Part shown: in pieces, positions 9,943 to 19,010 of the stretch
Layout of the letters: each line of letters opens with the position of its first letter
How positions within the stretch are numbered: the first letter of the stretch is position 1
Assembly: GCA_964568425.1 (NCBI GenBank)
Contig: CAZMPO010000007.1
Coordinates: 1 to 64,000, forward strand
Direction of reading: 5' to 3'
DNA length: 64,000 nucleotides
Source of the DNA: an uncultured Lachnospiraceae bacterium
Lineage (GTDB): Bacteria > Bacillota > Clostridia > Oscillospirales > CAG-272
Made by a program: the position numbers and the translations under genes
Notes under the pieces: generated by a model
The model's input: only the letters and a program-made list of their open reading frames with translations
The model's database searches: none
Told to the model about the DNA's origin: nothing

Positions 9943-12900
9943 TAGTCAGAACACCGTTTGCAATCAACGATGTATGAATATCTGCTTGTCCTGCTTTTTT
10001 CTTGATGGAGGCTACCTTTGCCTCGTATGCTTCGGTTGCACCGTCAAGCATAGATTGGTACATACGAATCAAGTTCATTTCTACCGCATTGTCAATCTGT
10101 GTTTCAAGACTTACCTTGCGATTGATATAGTTGTTGCGGATGCTTTCAAGCTTATAGTTCGCCATTGTATCAACCGACTCTTGGTGCTTCTTGCGCTCCG
10201 CAAACAAAGCAACGATCTGTTTTTCTTCAAGCTTGCCCCAAGCACTCGCATTGATGCTTGGTATCGTACGTGCTTCTTCTGCAGTTTGGAGAATTTCTGT
10301 CAATTCCGCTGCAACCACATCATTTTCACATACTGGTACAATCTTGAAACATGGATTGAGTCCTATGTAGTTCCAAGCATAAACCGAGAAATGATATGTG
10401 CCCGCCGGCAAAAAATCGGAACTGTATCTTAAATTGATATACGAGGTTTGATTTGTGGCGTAATACTGCGCAGCTTGTCTTACAAGAGGATGTACTGCCG
10501 TAATAAAAAACGCTTTTCTATCTTTTTCTGCGGCTTCCGAGTCAAACGTAATCGCATGATTGGGGTTTTTATCCTTCAAATAGTTATCCCAATCCCTCTT
10601 TGTAGAGGAACGAATGGTAGAAAGCTTCTTGAAATCTTCTCTCAGTGCTTCACGGGCAAGCTTATTCAAACGCAGAGTTTTTATCTCGGATTCGCCCAAA
10701 ATGTAATTACCAACGCCAAGACGGTCATTCAAGTATCTTGTAACCAAATACTGCAATCCCGTCGGACTCAACCAAGGGCTTTCCGCTTCTTGGATTTCTT
10801 GGGAAGTGTGGTATCCCGAAAGGTCAAAGCCAAACAGTTCCTTTTCCTCGTCCTCGAGCTTGTTAAGTTCTTGCACACGTCTGACCTCATTATCAGCCAT
10901 CTGTTCAAGCTTGCTTCTGCGTTCTTCATCGGTAAGCGTAGCATTTACCGCAATCTTTTCGACCTGTGCACCGATCTCGCTGAGTATTTCTTCACATTCA
11001 CCGATGCTCTTTTCAAAAATACCAATACGGAGCAGGCAACGCTCATAAATATCCGCATCAACGGTGTTATTCGTGATTACGTTGTAAATGTTTACAACCT
11101 CACTCTTTTGTCCACGACGGTCAATTCTACCGATTCTTTGTTCAATGCGCATCGGGTTCCATGGCAAATCATAGTTAATCATCATATCACAGAACTGATA
11201 GTCAAGACCTTCCGAGCCAACTTCGGTAAAGAGCAGAATATCAATGGCATTTTCATCTTCCTTGGGTAACTCAAATTGCCTACGAAGCTCGTAACGCACA
11301 TCATCCTTAACACTACCGTCAATTTGTTCCACGCGCAATCCTTCATCACGTAGTTTCTTCTTCAAATATGCAAGCGTATGGCGGAAGGTGCTGAACAAAA
11401 TGATTTTATTATTTTCGGCGGTTTGCTTTTCCTTGATGATTTCAAGCACGCTATCGAATTTCGGATCTTCCTCGGGGAGCGAATCTGCCAATTCAAGCAC
11501 GTGACTTGCCATTGCCGAAAGAGTGGAACTATCGTAGTCGCTCAACTTTGCATTATCTACATCGTCCTCCGAGTCGGCTTCAAGCTGCACCAAGCGTCTT
11601 TCAAGAATATCACGCACATAAGGAGCAAGACCAAAGATACAGCTTGCCGCTTGTCTGCGTATAGTGCTCATCATAAAGGGCACAGAGCATACATTGTGAA
11701 GCGTTGAAAGTGCAGCATACTCGAAAGCGAGCAATTCGTTGTGCAATTTTGCCTGCTCGGGCGTGAAATCGCTTGCGATAGTATGCGTTCTTCTGACACA
11801 GAAATCTTGAATATCACGACGCCTTGTGCGGTTTAACATCGTTGCAAAGCCGTGAAGCGACTCTACATCAGAAATCAGCTTTACGCGATCTTCGCGCGAC
11901 AAGTTTTCCTCTGAAAGCTTTTTCAACACTTCTGCATACAAGGGGTTCTTTGCAATTACATTTACACCCCACTGAGTCTGCAATACGCCTTTGAGTTCCT
12001 CGGATGCCGCAAGCTGCCATCCTTCCGCCGCACCACGAATAATATGAGAGCAACGTGAAATATACTCGTTTGGTTTAGACATTGTAACAAACGTGTCTTT
12101 ATCAATTACAACGTCGGGGCGCAATACGTTGAGTAGCGTAAAGAGGTCATTATCACCCGTCTGAAGCGGCGTAGCAGTAAGCATAACGACCGCGTCCGCG
12201 TGCTCACAGAAATACTTAACACACTTGTAGGCAAACGCCTTTTCTTTATCCATACTTCCGTTACGGATATGGTGCGCTTCATCAATGATGACTAAATCAA
12301 AGTGAGGGGCGGGATCTAAGTCAAATAAACCGTACGATTTTCCTTTTTTACCTTCTTCGCCTTGATAGACTCGGCTATCCAAAATAGAATAAGGAATAAT
12401 GGTTTTGTTATAGCGAATAGGCCATTCTCCGTCCCTATCTGTATCCGAAATAATTTGACGAAGCTCTTGTCCCGTAACGGGAACAAATTCCTCATCAAAA
12501 CGCTTCATTTCATTTTCCCATTTGCGTTCCGTTACAAGAGGCTTGGGGCAAATGATAAGCACGTTTTCAAGCTCGTTACGAGCCTCCAACTCTTTGATAA
12601 TCAAGCCTGCTTCAATCGTTTTACCGACACCAACGCTATCCGCAATCAAAATGCGAGGTTCGTCAGCCTTGATAAGCTTCAGCGCAGGTCTGAACTGATA
12701 CGGCACAAAATCAATTCTTGCGGCATTCAAAGAATAAAGATTGCCGGCAGAGGGATTGTTGATTTGATATGCCGTCAAATAACTTTGCAGAGTAGCCAAA
12801 TCAACCCAATTATAGTTTTGGCGTTCTTCAACCAATGCAATCTGTCCCGAATAAAAGGTCTTGGTTTCGCCGTTTACGAAAACTTCGTATTTTTTGATTT

Positions 12901-13522
12901 CGCCAAGATCTGTTACCGAGCATACCATTCCCTTAACATCGGGGTTTCCAATCAAATACACCTTGCTCATAGCCGCAATGTCATCCGTGTTGACGGTTTC
13001 CGTTGAAACGGGTTCCGTAATAGACTCATTTTCTTGCACCGATTCAATTTGGATATTCGAGCCTTGTACCGCTTGCATAAAACGGTCTACATCGTCAAGC
13101 ACATTCAAAGGAGCTTCAAGCCAAGAAAGAAAGGCGTGAAGCGTATTGATGTCATAAACAACGGTATCCTTATCTGCCATTCCGCTACTATAATGCGCCC
13201 AACGATTTCTGACCTTCTGCATTTCTCTTACGCACTCTCGGTCTTTCGTGGGAAGATATGCAAAGTTGCGCATAGCATACCACGACTTATCCGTAATTCT
13301 GAGAAGGGCAGCCAAATCAAAATCCGAAAGATTGCTGTATTGGTTGTTCTCGGCAATCTCTCGCTGATTATAACTCAAATTAGATATGACACATTCCTGC
13401 CACCAATTCTCGGACACCTTGGGAAGCATTTTATCAAGCCAAGATTCCAATAGCTTTGCGGCAGTATGTAAAAATTCATTTATTTTTCCAACAACTTCAA
13501 TATTGTGCATAACGCTCTCCAA
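9932..13522 (-). CDS. Swt1-like HEPN domain fused to SNF2-family (SWI2/SNF2) helicase
   Basis: N-terminal ~140 aa with HEPN Rx4H motif (KVRNRWAHYS). Helicase motifs GVGKTIEAGLI (I), DLVIIDEAHHIRN (II), MLTATPLQ (III), LLFTEVGSEGLDYQ and QRIGRIDRRGQ (V-VI). Confidence 0.85.
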   Translation of the reverse strand: MESVMHNIEVVGKINEFLHTAAKLLESWLDKMLPKVSENWWQECVISNLSYNQREIAENNQYSNLSDFDLAALLRITDKSWYAMRNFAYLPTKDRECVREMQKVRNRWAHYSSGMADKDTVVYDINTLHAFLSWLEAPLNVLDDVDRFMQAVQGSNIQIESVQENESITEPVSTETVNTDDIAAMSKVYLIGNPDVKGMVCSVTDLGEIKKYEVFVNGETKTFYSGQIALVEERQNYNWVDLATLQSYLTAYQINNPSAGNLYSLNAARIDFVPYQFRPALKLIKADEPRILIADSVGVGKTIEAGLIIKELEARNELENVLIICPKPLVTERKWENEMKRFDEEFVPVTGQELRQIISDTDRDGEWPIRYNKTIIPYSILDSRVYQGEEGKKGKSYGLFDLDPAPHFDLVIIDEAHHIRNGSMDKEKAFAYKCVKYFCEHADAVVMLTATPLQTGDNDLFTLLNVLRPDVVIDKDTFVTMSKPNEYISRCSHIIRGAAEGWQLAASEELKGVLQTQWGVNVIAKNPLYAEVLKKLSEENLSREDRVKLISDVESLHGFATMLNRTRRRDIQDFCVRRTHTIASDFTPEQAKLHNELLAFEYAALSTLHNVCSVPFMMSTIRRQAASCIFGLAPYVRDILERRLVQLEADSEDDVDNAKLSDYDSSTLSAMASHVLELADSLPEEDPKFDSVLEIIKEKQTAENNKIILFSTFRHTLAYLKKKLRDEGLRVEQIDGSVKDDVRYELRRQFELPKEDENAIDILLFTEVGSEGLDYQFCDMMINYDLPWNPMRIEQRIGRIDRRGQKSEVVNIYNVITNNTVDADIYERCLLRIGIFEKSIGECEEILSEIGAQVEKIAVNATLTDEERRSKLEQMADNEVRRVQELNKLEDEEKELFGFDLSGYHTSQEIQEAESPWLSPTGLQYLVTRYLNDRLGVGNYILGESEIKTLRLNKLAREALREDFKKLSTIRSSTKRDWDNYLKDKNPNHAITFDSEAAEKDRKAFFITAVHPLVRQAAQYYATNQTSYINLRYSSDFLPAGTYHFSVYAWNYIGLNPCFKIVPVCENDVVAAELTEILQTAEEARTIPSINASAWGKLEEKQIVALFAERKKHQESVDTMANYKLESIRNNYINRKVSLETQIDNAVEMNLIRMYQSMLDGATEAYEAKVASIKKKAGQADIHTSLIANGVLTIER

Positions 13523-13530
13523 TCAAAAGA

Positions 13531-13719
13531 TTATTTCTCAGCTGCATTTCCTGCTTTTACCCAAGCAACAACCTCGGACACCTTAAATTTCCAAAGACGT
13601 CCAACCTTTGAAGCAGGCATATTACGCTTTGCGATCCATACGAGCACGGTATCGCGGCTAACGCCGAGGTGCTCCATGATCTCTTTGAGTGAATACCATC
13701 TTTCCGTTTCGTTAATCAT
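13531..13719 (-). CDS. AlpA/excisionase-family HTH DNA-binding protein
   Basis: 62-aa protein [37 protein letters not shown] typical of the MerR-superfamily HTH_17 (Xis/AlpA); sits 9 nt upstream of the helicase gene. Confidence 0.7.
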   Translation of the reverse strand: MINETERWYSLKEIMEHLGVSRDTVLVWIAKRNMPASKVGRLWKFKVSEVVAWVKAGNAAEK

Positions 13720-13749
13720 TTCAATTCTCCTTCGGCAAAAAGATACAAT

Positions 13750-13778
13750 TATTTACTCTATTATACTATAATATCATC
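13750..13778 (-). promoter_or_regulatory. consensus sigma-A-type promoter for the island operon
   Basis: Minus-strand TTGACA, 17-nt spacer, TATAAT; about 30 nt upstream of an AAGGAG RBS and the ATG at 13719. Confidence 0.5.
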
Positions 13779-14154
13779 AATTTGTCAATCAGTTATGATA
13801 GCTTATCGTCGGTTTATAACGGTTTATTCGTAAATGGAAAAGACAGCGATTTTTTCTCCGCCGAGTGCTCATTCAGTTAAGTTTTCAATAGCGATTCGCA
13901 TACCGAGTTTAAGAGCACACTTGAAGATATGAACTGGTTCTTCTATCCTTTCGATATACAATATACACCAAATAGCATGAATTGTCAAGAGGCTGAGAGG
14001 ATTTTTTAAAATTAATTATGGATTTTCCCTTAATTTGTAAAAGTACACCTTTCAAAACGGTAGAAAATGGTTTTGGGTACGCTTTGAACATACATAGAGT
14101 TTTATCTTCAAGAATTGAACGCAAAACAAGCGATAAACGGGAGGAATGCTGAAA

Positions 14155-15453
14155 ATGGCTATTGTTGAGGTTATAAAATACAATGGTAAACCCGATGTAT
14201 TTGCGTGGAAGTACCCTAGCGAGGAACTTGGAACATGGACGCAACTGATTGTAAATGAATCTCAAGAAGCAGTTCTTGTAAAAAGCGGCAATGTTCTCGA
14301 TGTGTTTGGTAGCGGACGACATACGCTCGATACAGCAAACATTCCCATTCTGAGCAAAATAATCAATCTTCCGTTTGGAGGAAGAAGTCCGTTTACAGCC
14401 GAGGTATGGTACATCAATAAGGGCTACAATCTAGATATTAAATGGGGAACACCCACTCCAATTCAAATTCAAGACCCCAAATATGGTATTTTTGCTCCGG
14501 TCTGCTCAAATGGTGCATTCGGCATACATGTCTCGGACTCGAAAAAATTTTTAATAAAGCTCGTGACAACGATGCCAACATTCGATACCAATACCATTAC
14601 AAAATACTTCAGAAGCCTTTTTGTAACAAAAGTAAAGGATGCGATCTCTGCGTATTTGGTACATAAGCAGATAAGCATTTTGGAAATAAACGCATACATT
14701 GACGAGCTGTCTCAGCACATGAAGGAAAGAATTCAGCCTGCAATGGATGATTATGGTATCGAGCTCATATCCTTCTATGTAAACGAGATAAGCGTGCCCG
14801 AAGACGATACAGCTGTCCAGAAACTGAAAGATGCCCTTTCAAAGAGAGCGGAGATGAATATTATTGGCTATAGTTATCAGCAAGAACGTTCTTTTGATAC
14901 CCTCGAAGGTGCCGCGAAGAACAGCGGTTCAGCCGGAGCTCCGCTTATGAGTGCTGGACTGGGAATTGGAATGGGATTTGGCATGGGACGAGGCGTTGGA
15001 AAAGGATTTGGTAACATGGCACAAGAAATTCAAGTAAACAGCTCCAATGAAAGCACTAAGGAATGCCCAAAATGCTACACGCAGATCCAGCAAAATCAAA
15101 GATTTTGCGGATACTGCGGATATGATACCGAAAAGAAGTCAAAGAAATCTGCCTCTTTGATCTGTTCTTTTTGCAATCACATAATAACTGAGACAACCAA
15201 ATTTTGCCCCGAATGTGGAAGAAAGATCGACCATTGCCCAAATTGCGGAAGTGATATGGCAGATAACGCAACAAAGTGCAACAGTTGCGGCTATGAAAAA
15301 CTGCCGATTTGTCCCAAGTGTGGTGCCGAAATCTCAAGCAAATCTAAATTCTGTCCCGAATGCGGGGCTGTTCTGACAAAATGTTGCCCGAAATGCAATT
15401 CACCAATTGATGGTGTCAAGAAATTCTGCCCTGAATGCGGCGAAAAACTGTAA
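14155..15453 (+). CDS. SPFH/band-7 domain protein (COG4260-like) with five C-terminal zinc-ribbon repeats
   Basis: N-terminal MAIVEVIKYNGKPDVFAWKYP... SPFH-like core; C-terminal repeats CPKC/CPEC...CxxC x5; the ORF could also start at 14146. Confidence 0.65.
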   Translation: MAIVEVIKYNGKPDVFAWKYPSEELGTWTQLIVNESQEAVLVKSGNVLDVFGSGRHTLDTANIPILSKIINLPFGGRSPFTAEVWYINKGYNLDIKWGTPTPIQIQDPKYGIFAPVCSNGAFGIHVSDSKKFLIKLVTTMPTFDTNTITKYFRSLFVTKVKDAISAYLVHKQISILEINAYIDELSQHMKERIQPAMDDYGIELISFYVNEISVPEDDTAVQKLKDALSKRAEMNIIGYSYQQERSFDTLEGAAKNSGSAGAPLMSAGLGIGMGFGMGRGVGKGFGNMAQEIQVNSSNESTKECPKCYTQIQQNQRFCGYCGYDTEKKSKKSASLICSFCNHIITETTKFCPECGRKIDHCPNCGSDMADNATKCNSCGYEKLPICPKCGAEISSKSKFCPECGAVLTKCCPKCNSPIDGVKKFCPECGEKL

Positions 15454-15467
15454 AGGAGCATGTACAA

Positions 15468-16166
15468 ATGAGCAGAAGAATTAAAATGTTTTTGGCAAGC
15501 GGTGTTACCGTGCTTCTTGCCACGGTGATCATCTCACTGATCTGTATAGATGAGTGGCACGGGTTAACGAATTGGGCGTTTGTCACGATGTTGTGGTCAG
15601 AAATTGTATTGTTCGGTGGTTCGATCTTTATAGAATGGTTTGCGGAAAGATCCAAACAGATTTTTGCAAGGTCACTGCTTTATTCTGTTATTATAACCTA
15701 TTCAACGATCAACTTTTTGATTTCCGTTTTTTACATGATATTGTTGAAAGAAGCGGCTACCTCTTTTACCGTTATGCAAGTGATCATGTTAGCAAGTGCA
15801 TCGATAGGCATTGCCGTTTCGCTGGGGGTGAGCAAAGGCGTACAAAAATCAAACATTCGCACCGCAAAGGCGGTTGCAAATACCGAGGCGATGATTGAAC
15901 GACTGAACAAATTAGCTCTTCGTCCGGAATGTGAGCATTTTGTCTCATCCCTAAAAAAACTGAGTGATGATTTGCGATTTACTGACATTTCAAAAGTCGT
16001 TGCAGAGGACAGTAAAATTTCCAATGCTATCTCTGTCATCGAAATTGAGACCGACAGTACAGACGGATTTGACAATAAAAAAATCGAAGCAGCGTTGATT
16101 CGCCTTAATTCGCTGATCTTACAAAGAAAAGTTTCGGTAAGCACAGCCAATAAAGGTAAAATTTAA
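15468..16166 (+). CDS. membrane protein (3-4 TM helices) of unknown function
   Basis: AGGAG RBS then ATG at 15468; hydrophobic N-terminal half and coiled/charged C-terminal half. Confidence 0.45.
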   Translation: MSRRIKMFLASGVTVLLATVIISLICIDEWHGLTNWAFVTMLWSEIVLFGGSIFIEWFAERSKQIFARSLLYSVIITYSTINFLISVFYMILLKEAATSFTVMQVIMLASASIGIAVSLGVSKGVQKSNIRTAKAVANTEAMIERLNKLALRPECEHFVSSLKKLSDDLRFTDISKVVAEDSKISNAISVIEIETDSTDGFDNKKIEAALIRLNSLILQRKVSVSTANKGKI

Positions 16167-16190
16167 TTTCATTTAATCAGGAGAAACGAT

Positions 16191-16805
16191 ATGAACAAAT
16201 CCAAAGTAGCAATAGCATTAACTAAAACAGTCAGCGTCGTGCAAATGACGATCGGCGTTTTTTTGGTATTCATGTTTAGCATTTGTGCAATTGTATGTTT
16301 ATTAGACAAAGAATTTATGGAAGATTCGGGCGTAAGTTTCTTGATATGCTGCTTAGTTATAGTTGCGTTTGCCGTTTGGCTTATAATTCTTTCCGCGAAA
16401 AAAGCTGCGTTAATAAACAAATTCAAAAAATATGTTGCGGCTGTTTCCAACGACCCTAACGGCTATATTCCCGACATCGCCGCTTCATTAGGTGCATCCG
16501 AAAACGAAGTTAAGAAAAACCTTGAACTAATGATCAAGAAAAACTTTTTTGCAAATGCGTTTGTTGATCAAAATTCTAATTGCATTGTGATTGCGAACAG
16601 ACAAAGTTTCGCTGCTAATAAAGCCTCCCAACCGCAGACACAGTCAGCCGCATATGCTCCACCCCGAGTTGCTTTGCAGACAGCAGAGATGGTAACCATC
16701 AAGTGTAAAGGCTGCGGCGGCATTAACACAATACCAAAAGGTGTAGTTGTTGAGTGTGATTATTGCGGGTCCTCTATTAAAGGTGAGCAAAAACAAGTTT
16801 TTTAA
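16191..16805 (+). CDS. membrane protein with C-terminal zinc ribbon
   Basis: Two TM helices N-terminal; C-terminal CKGCGG...CDYCG zinc ribbon. Confidence 0.45.
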   Translation: MNKSKVAIALTKTVSVVQMTIGVFLVFMFSICAIVCLLDKEFMEDSGVSFLICCLVIVAFAVWLIILSAKKAALINKFKKYVAAVSNDPNGYIPDIAASLGASENEVKKNLELMIKKNFFANAFVDQNSNCIVIANRQSFAANKASQPQTQSAAYAPPRVALQTAEMVTIKCKGCGGINTIPKGVVVECDYCGSSIKGEQKQVF

Positions 16806-16818
16806 CTTGACACAACGC

Positions 16819-16862
16819 AAAACACCGATCAGAGATCCCTCTCCGATCGGTGTTTTGGTTTT
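16819..16862. terminator. bidirectional rho-independent terminator / island boundary
   Basis: AAACACCGATC...GATCGGTGTTT stem followed by TTTTGGTTTTT; coincides with a sharp GC-content rise. Confidence 0.55.
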
Positions 16863-17404
16863 TACATCCCTGCTTGTTTACCGAGGGTGTAGGCGTCAAT
16901 CATGGCTTTGGTGTCTTTGACCTTGCCCTTTTCGTAGACGCCCATGCCGTAGACTATACCTTTTTCTTTTGCGCCTTCGATGCAGTCTGCGTAGCCGCGG
17001 AGGCAGGCGATGGTGGTCTCTGCCGCTGATCTGTCCTCATCGGCGGCGGTGACTATGTAGTAAAGCTCTTTATCCCTGACCTCGAGCCAGCGTGCGACCG
17101 TTCTGTCGATCACCGCCTTCAGCTGTGCATCTATCGAATAGAAATAAACCGGGGTTGCGAAGACGAGCACGTCCGCATCGATCATTTTCTGCAGTATCTC
17201 CGCCATATCGTCGCGGATGACGCAGACCCCGCTTTCTTTGCAGGCATAGCATGCGCGGCAATAGCCTATATTTTTCTCGGCGACGCGTATCTTTTCGACA
17301 TCATTGCCGCTCTCGAGTGCGCCTCTTATAAATTCATCGCAAAGGATATCCGAATTGCCGCCCTTTCTGGGGCTGCCCGACAGGATCAATATTTTCTTAC
17401 TCAT
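16862..17404 (-). CDS. flavodoxin-like fold NAD(P)H-dependent FMN reductase family protein
   Basis: MSKKILILSGSPRKGGNSD...ADVLVFATPVYFYS; the 233-aa track ORF is an N-terminal run-on, true start at the MSKK codon. Confidence 0.8.
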   Translation of the reverse strand: MSKKILILSGSPRKGGNSDILCDEFIRGALESGNDVEKIRVAEKNIGYCRACYACKESGVCVIRDDMAEILQKMIDADVLVFATPVYFYSIDAQLKAVIDRTVARWLEVRDKELYYIVTAADEDRSAAETTIACLRGYADCIEGAKEKGIVYGMGVYEKGKVKDTKAMIDAYTLGKQAGM

Positions 17405-17414
17405 GATGTCCTCC

Positions 17415-18302
17415 TCACCAATTCTTCTTTTCTTTTGACAGATCCTGCGTCTTTTTGCGCTCTTCCACCATGCGGCAGAACCACTCGACCATATTCGGGT
17501 CGGTATGCGAGAAAAAGGAGGACTGTTTCTTATCAAGTGCCGAAATTGCCGCCATATCCTCATCGGTCAGGCTGAAATCGAACACATTGAAGTTTTCTTC
17601 CATGCGCTCTCTATGCGTGGATTTGGGAATCACGATCACGCCGCGCTGAATATGCCAGCGGAGGATGACCTGTGCCGCGCTTTTGCCGTATTTCTTACCG
17701 ATGGCAACGAGCTCGGGGATCTCGAACATGCCTCCCCTGCCCTCGCCGAAGGGTGCCCATGCCTCGACGCGGACGCCGTATTTTTCATGCCAGGCAAGAT
17801 TTTCGGTCTGCTGATGATGCGGATGCAGTTCGATCTGATTGACCATAGGCTTTACACGCGCGAAATTTGCGATATCGACCATGCGGTCGGTATAGAAATT
17901 GGATATGCCGATCGCGCGGAGCTTGCCCATATCATAAAGCTCCTCCAGCGCACGGTATGCGCCGTAAACATCGTTAAAAGGCTGATGAAGAAGGCAGAGG
18001 TCGAGATAATCGGTCTTCAGCTTCCTCATTGACTCAAGCACCGACGCCTTACACGCATCGTATCCGTAATGCTCGATCCAGACCTTTGTAGTCAGAAAGA
18101 TCTCCTCTCTCGGTATGCCGCTTTTTACAATGGCATCTCCGACCTCTTCTTCATTGAAGTAGGACTGTGCGGTATCGATCGAGCGATAGCCGACCCTCAG
18201 TGCATCCAAAACGCACCTCTCGCACTCATCCCTTGTGACCTGATAGACGCCGTAGCCGAGGACGGGCATCTTGACGCCGTTGTAAAGTGTTACGTATTCC
18301 AT
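17415..18302 (-). CDS. aldo/keto reductase
   Basis: AKR signature GYRSIDTAQSY, LDLCLLHQP, IPKSTHRERMEENF. Confidence 0.9.
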   Translation of the reverse strand: MEYVTLYNGVKMPVLGYGVYQVTRDECERCVLDALRVGYRSIDTAQSYFNEEEVGDAIVKSGIPREEIFLTTKVWIEHYGYDACKASVLESMRKLKTDYLDLCLLHQPFNDVYGAYRALEELYDMGKLRAIGISNFYTDRMVDIANFARVKPMVNQIELHPHHQQTENLAWHEKYGVRVEAWAPFGEGRGGMFEIPELVAIGKKYGKSAAQVILRWHIQRGVIVIPKSTHRERMEENFNVFDFSLTDEDMAAISALDKKQSSFFSHTDPNMVEWFCRMVEERKKTQDLSKEKKNW

Positions 18303-18314
18303 AAAAATTTCTCC

Positions 18315-18374
18315 TTGACAAAATTTTCTTTCCGTTGTATAATATTATACAAGTTAAAGTTGACTTTAAGTCAA
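18315..18374 (+). promoter_or_regulatory. sigma-A-like promoter (TTGACA-17-TATAAT) plus palindromic operator TTGACTTTAAGTCAA upstream of the merR-family gene
   Basis: TTGACA 18315-18320, TATAAT 18338-18343, perfect 7-1-7 palindrome at about 18360-18374 in the divergent AKR/MerR intergenic region. Confidence 0.45.
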
Positions 18375-18423
18375 GTACTTTGTCAGAAAATTTACAAAAT
18401 CTCGAATATTTCGGAGGGAATTT

Positions 18424-18870
18424 ATGTCATACACTATCGGAGAGATGGCGAAACGGCTGGGTGTCGCGCCGTCAACACTGCGTTATTACGACAAGGAGGG
18501 TCTGCTCCCCTTTGTCGAGCGATCGGGTGGCGGCATACGAGTGTTCAAGGAGGAGGACTACGAGTGGCTGATGATCATAAAATGCCTGAAAAAGACGGGC
18601 ATGCCGCTTTGTGACATCAGAGAGTTTGTCATGATGGCGATGGAGGGGGACAACACGATCGAGGGGCGGCTTGCACTCATAAGCAAGCAAAAGGAATCGA
18701 TCGAGCGGCGACTTGACGAGCTGTCGGGCGTTCACCGTGTGCTCGCATACAAAAAGTGGTATTACGAGGTGGCAAAAAAAGAAGGCAGTACACAGATCCC
18801 GAAAAACATGACATCTGACGATCTGCCGCCCGAGTTTCGCGAGATAAGAAAAATGCTTCGAGGAGAATAA
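18424..18870 (+). CDS. MerR family transcriptional regulator
   Basis: YTIGEMAKRLGVAPSTLRYYDKEGLL HTH followed by a coiled-coil; divergent from the AKR gene. Confidence 0.85.
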   Translation: MSYTIGEMAKRLGVAPSTLRYYDKEGLLPFVERSGGGIRVFKEEDYEWLMIIKCLKKTGMPLCDIREFVMMAMEGDNTIEGRLALISKQKESIERRLDELSGVHRVLAYKKWYYEVAKKEGSTQIPKNMTSDDLPPEFREIRKMLRGE

Positions 18871-19010
18871 GCGATACATACCGGATCTAAAAGCATATAC
18901 GCAATTTATTTTATTAATTTTGTGTTAACAAGTGTCGATTTGTATTGAAATTACCGAAAAAAAATGTATAATCTATGGTATATGAAAAAAAGCTAAATGG
19001 AGGAAACACA

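Noticed and set aside
10448-11269. 273-aa plus-strand ORF (and several others, e.g. 12362-13006, 9974-10432) inside the SNF2 helicase gene
   Set aside because: Antisense to a long, motif-rich CDS; low-complexity or hydrophobic translation with no motifs; typical antisense artefacts.
13909-14322. 137-aa minus-strand ORF in the HTH-operon/SPFH intergenic region
   Set aside because: Overlaps the SPFH gene start and the promoter region; composition is low-complexity and it has no RBS; likely spurious.
16800-16870. tRNA or attachment site at the island/core junction
   Set aside because: The only structure is a simple stem-loop terminator with no cloverleaf potential; no integrase is present in the window.
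17405-17563. Long N-terminal extension of the flavodoxin-like ORF overlapping the aldo/keto reductase gene
   Set aside because: The extension is Arg/Trp-rich read-through overlapping a well-supported CDS; the internal MSKKILILSG start is a better fit for a start site.
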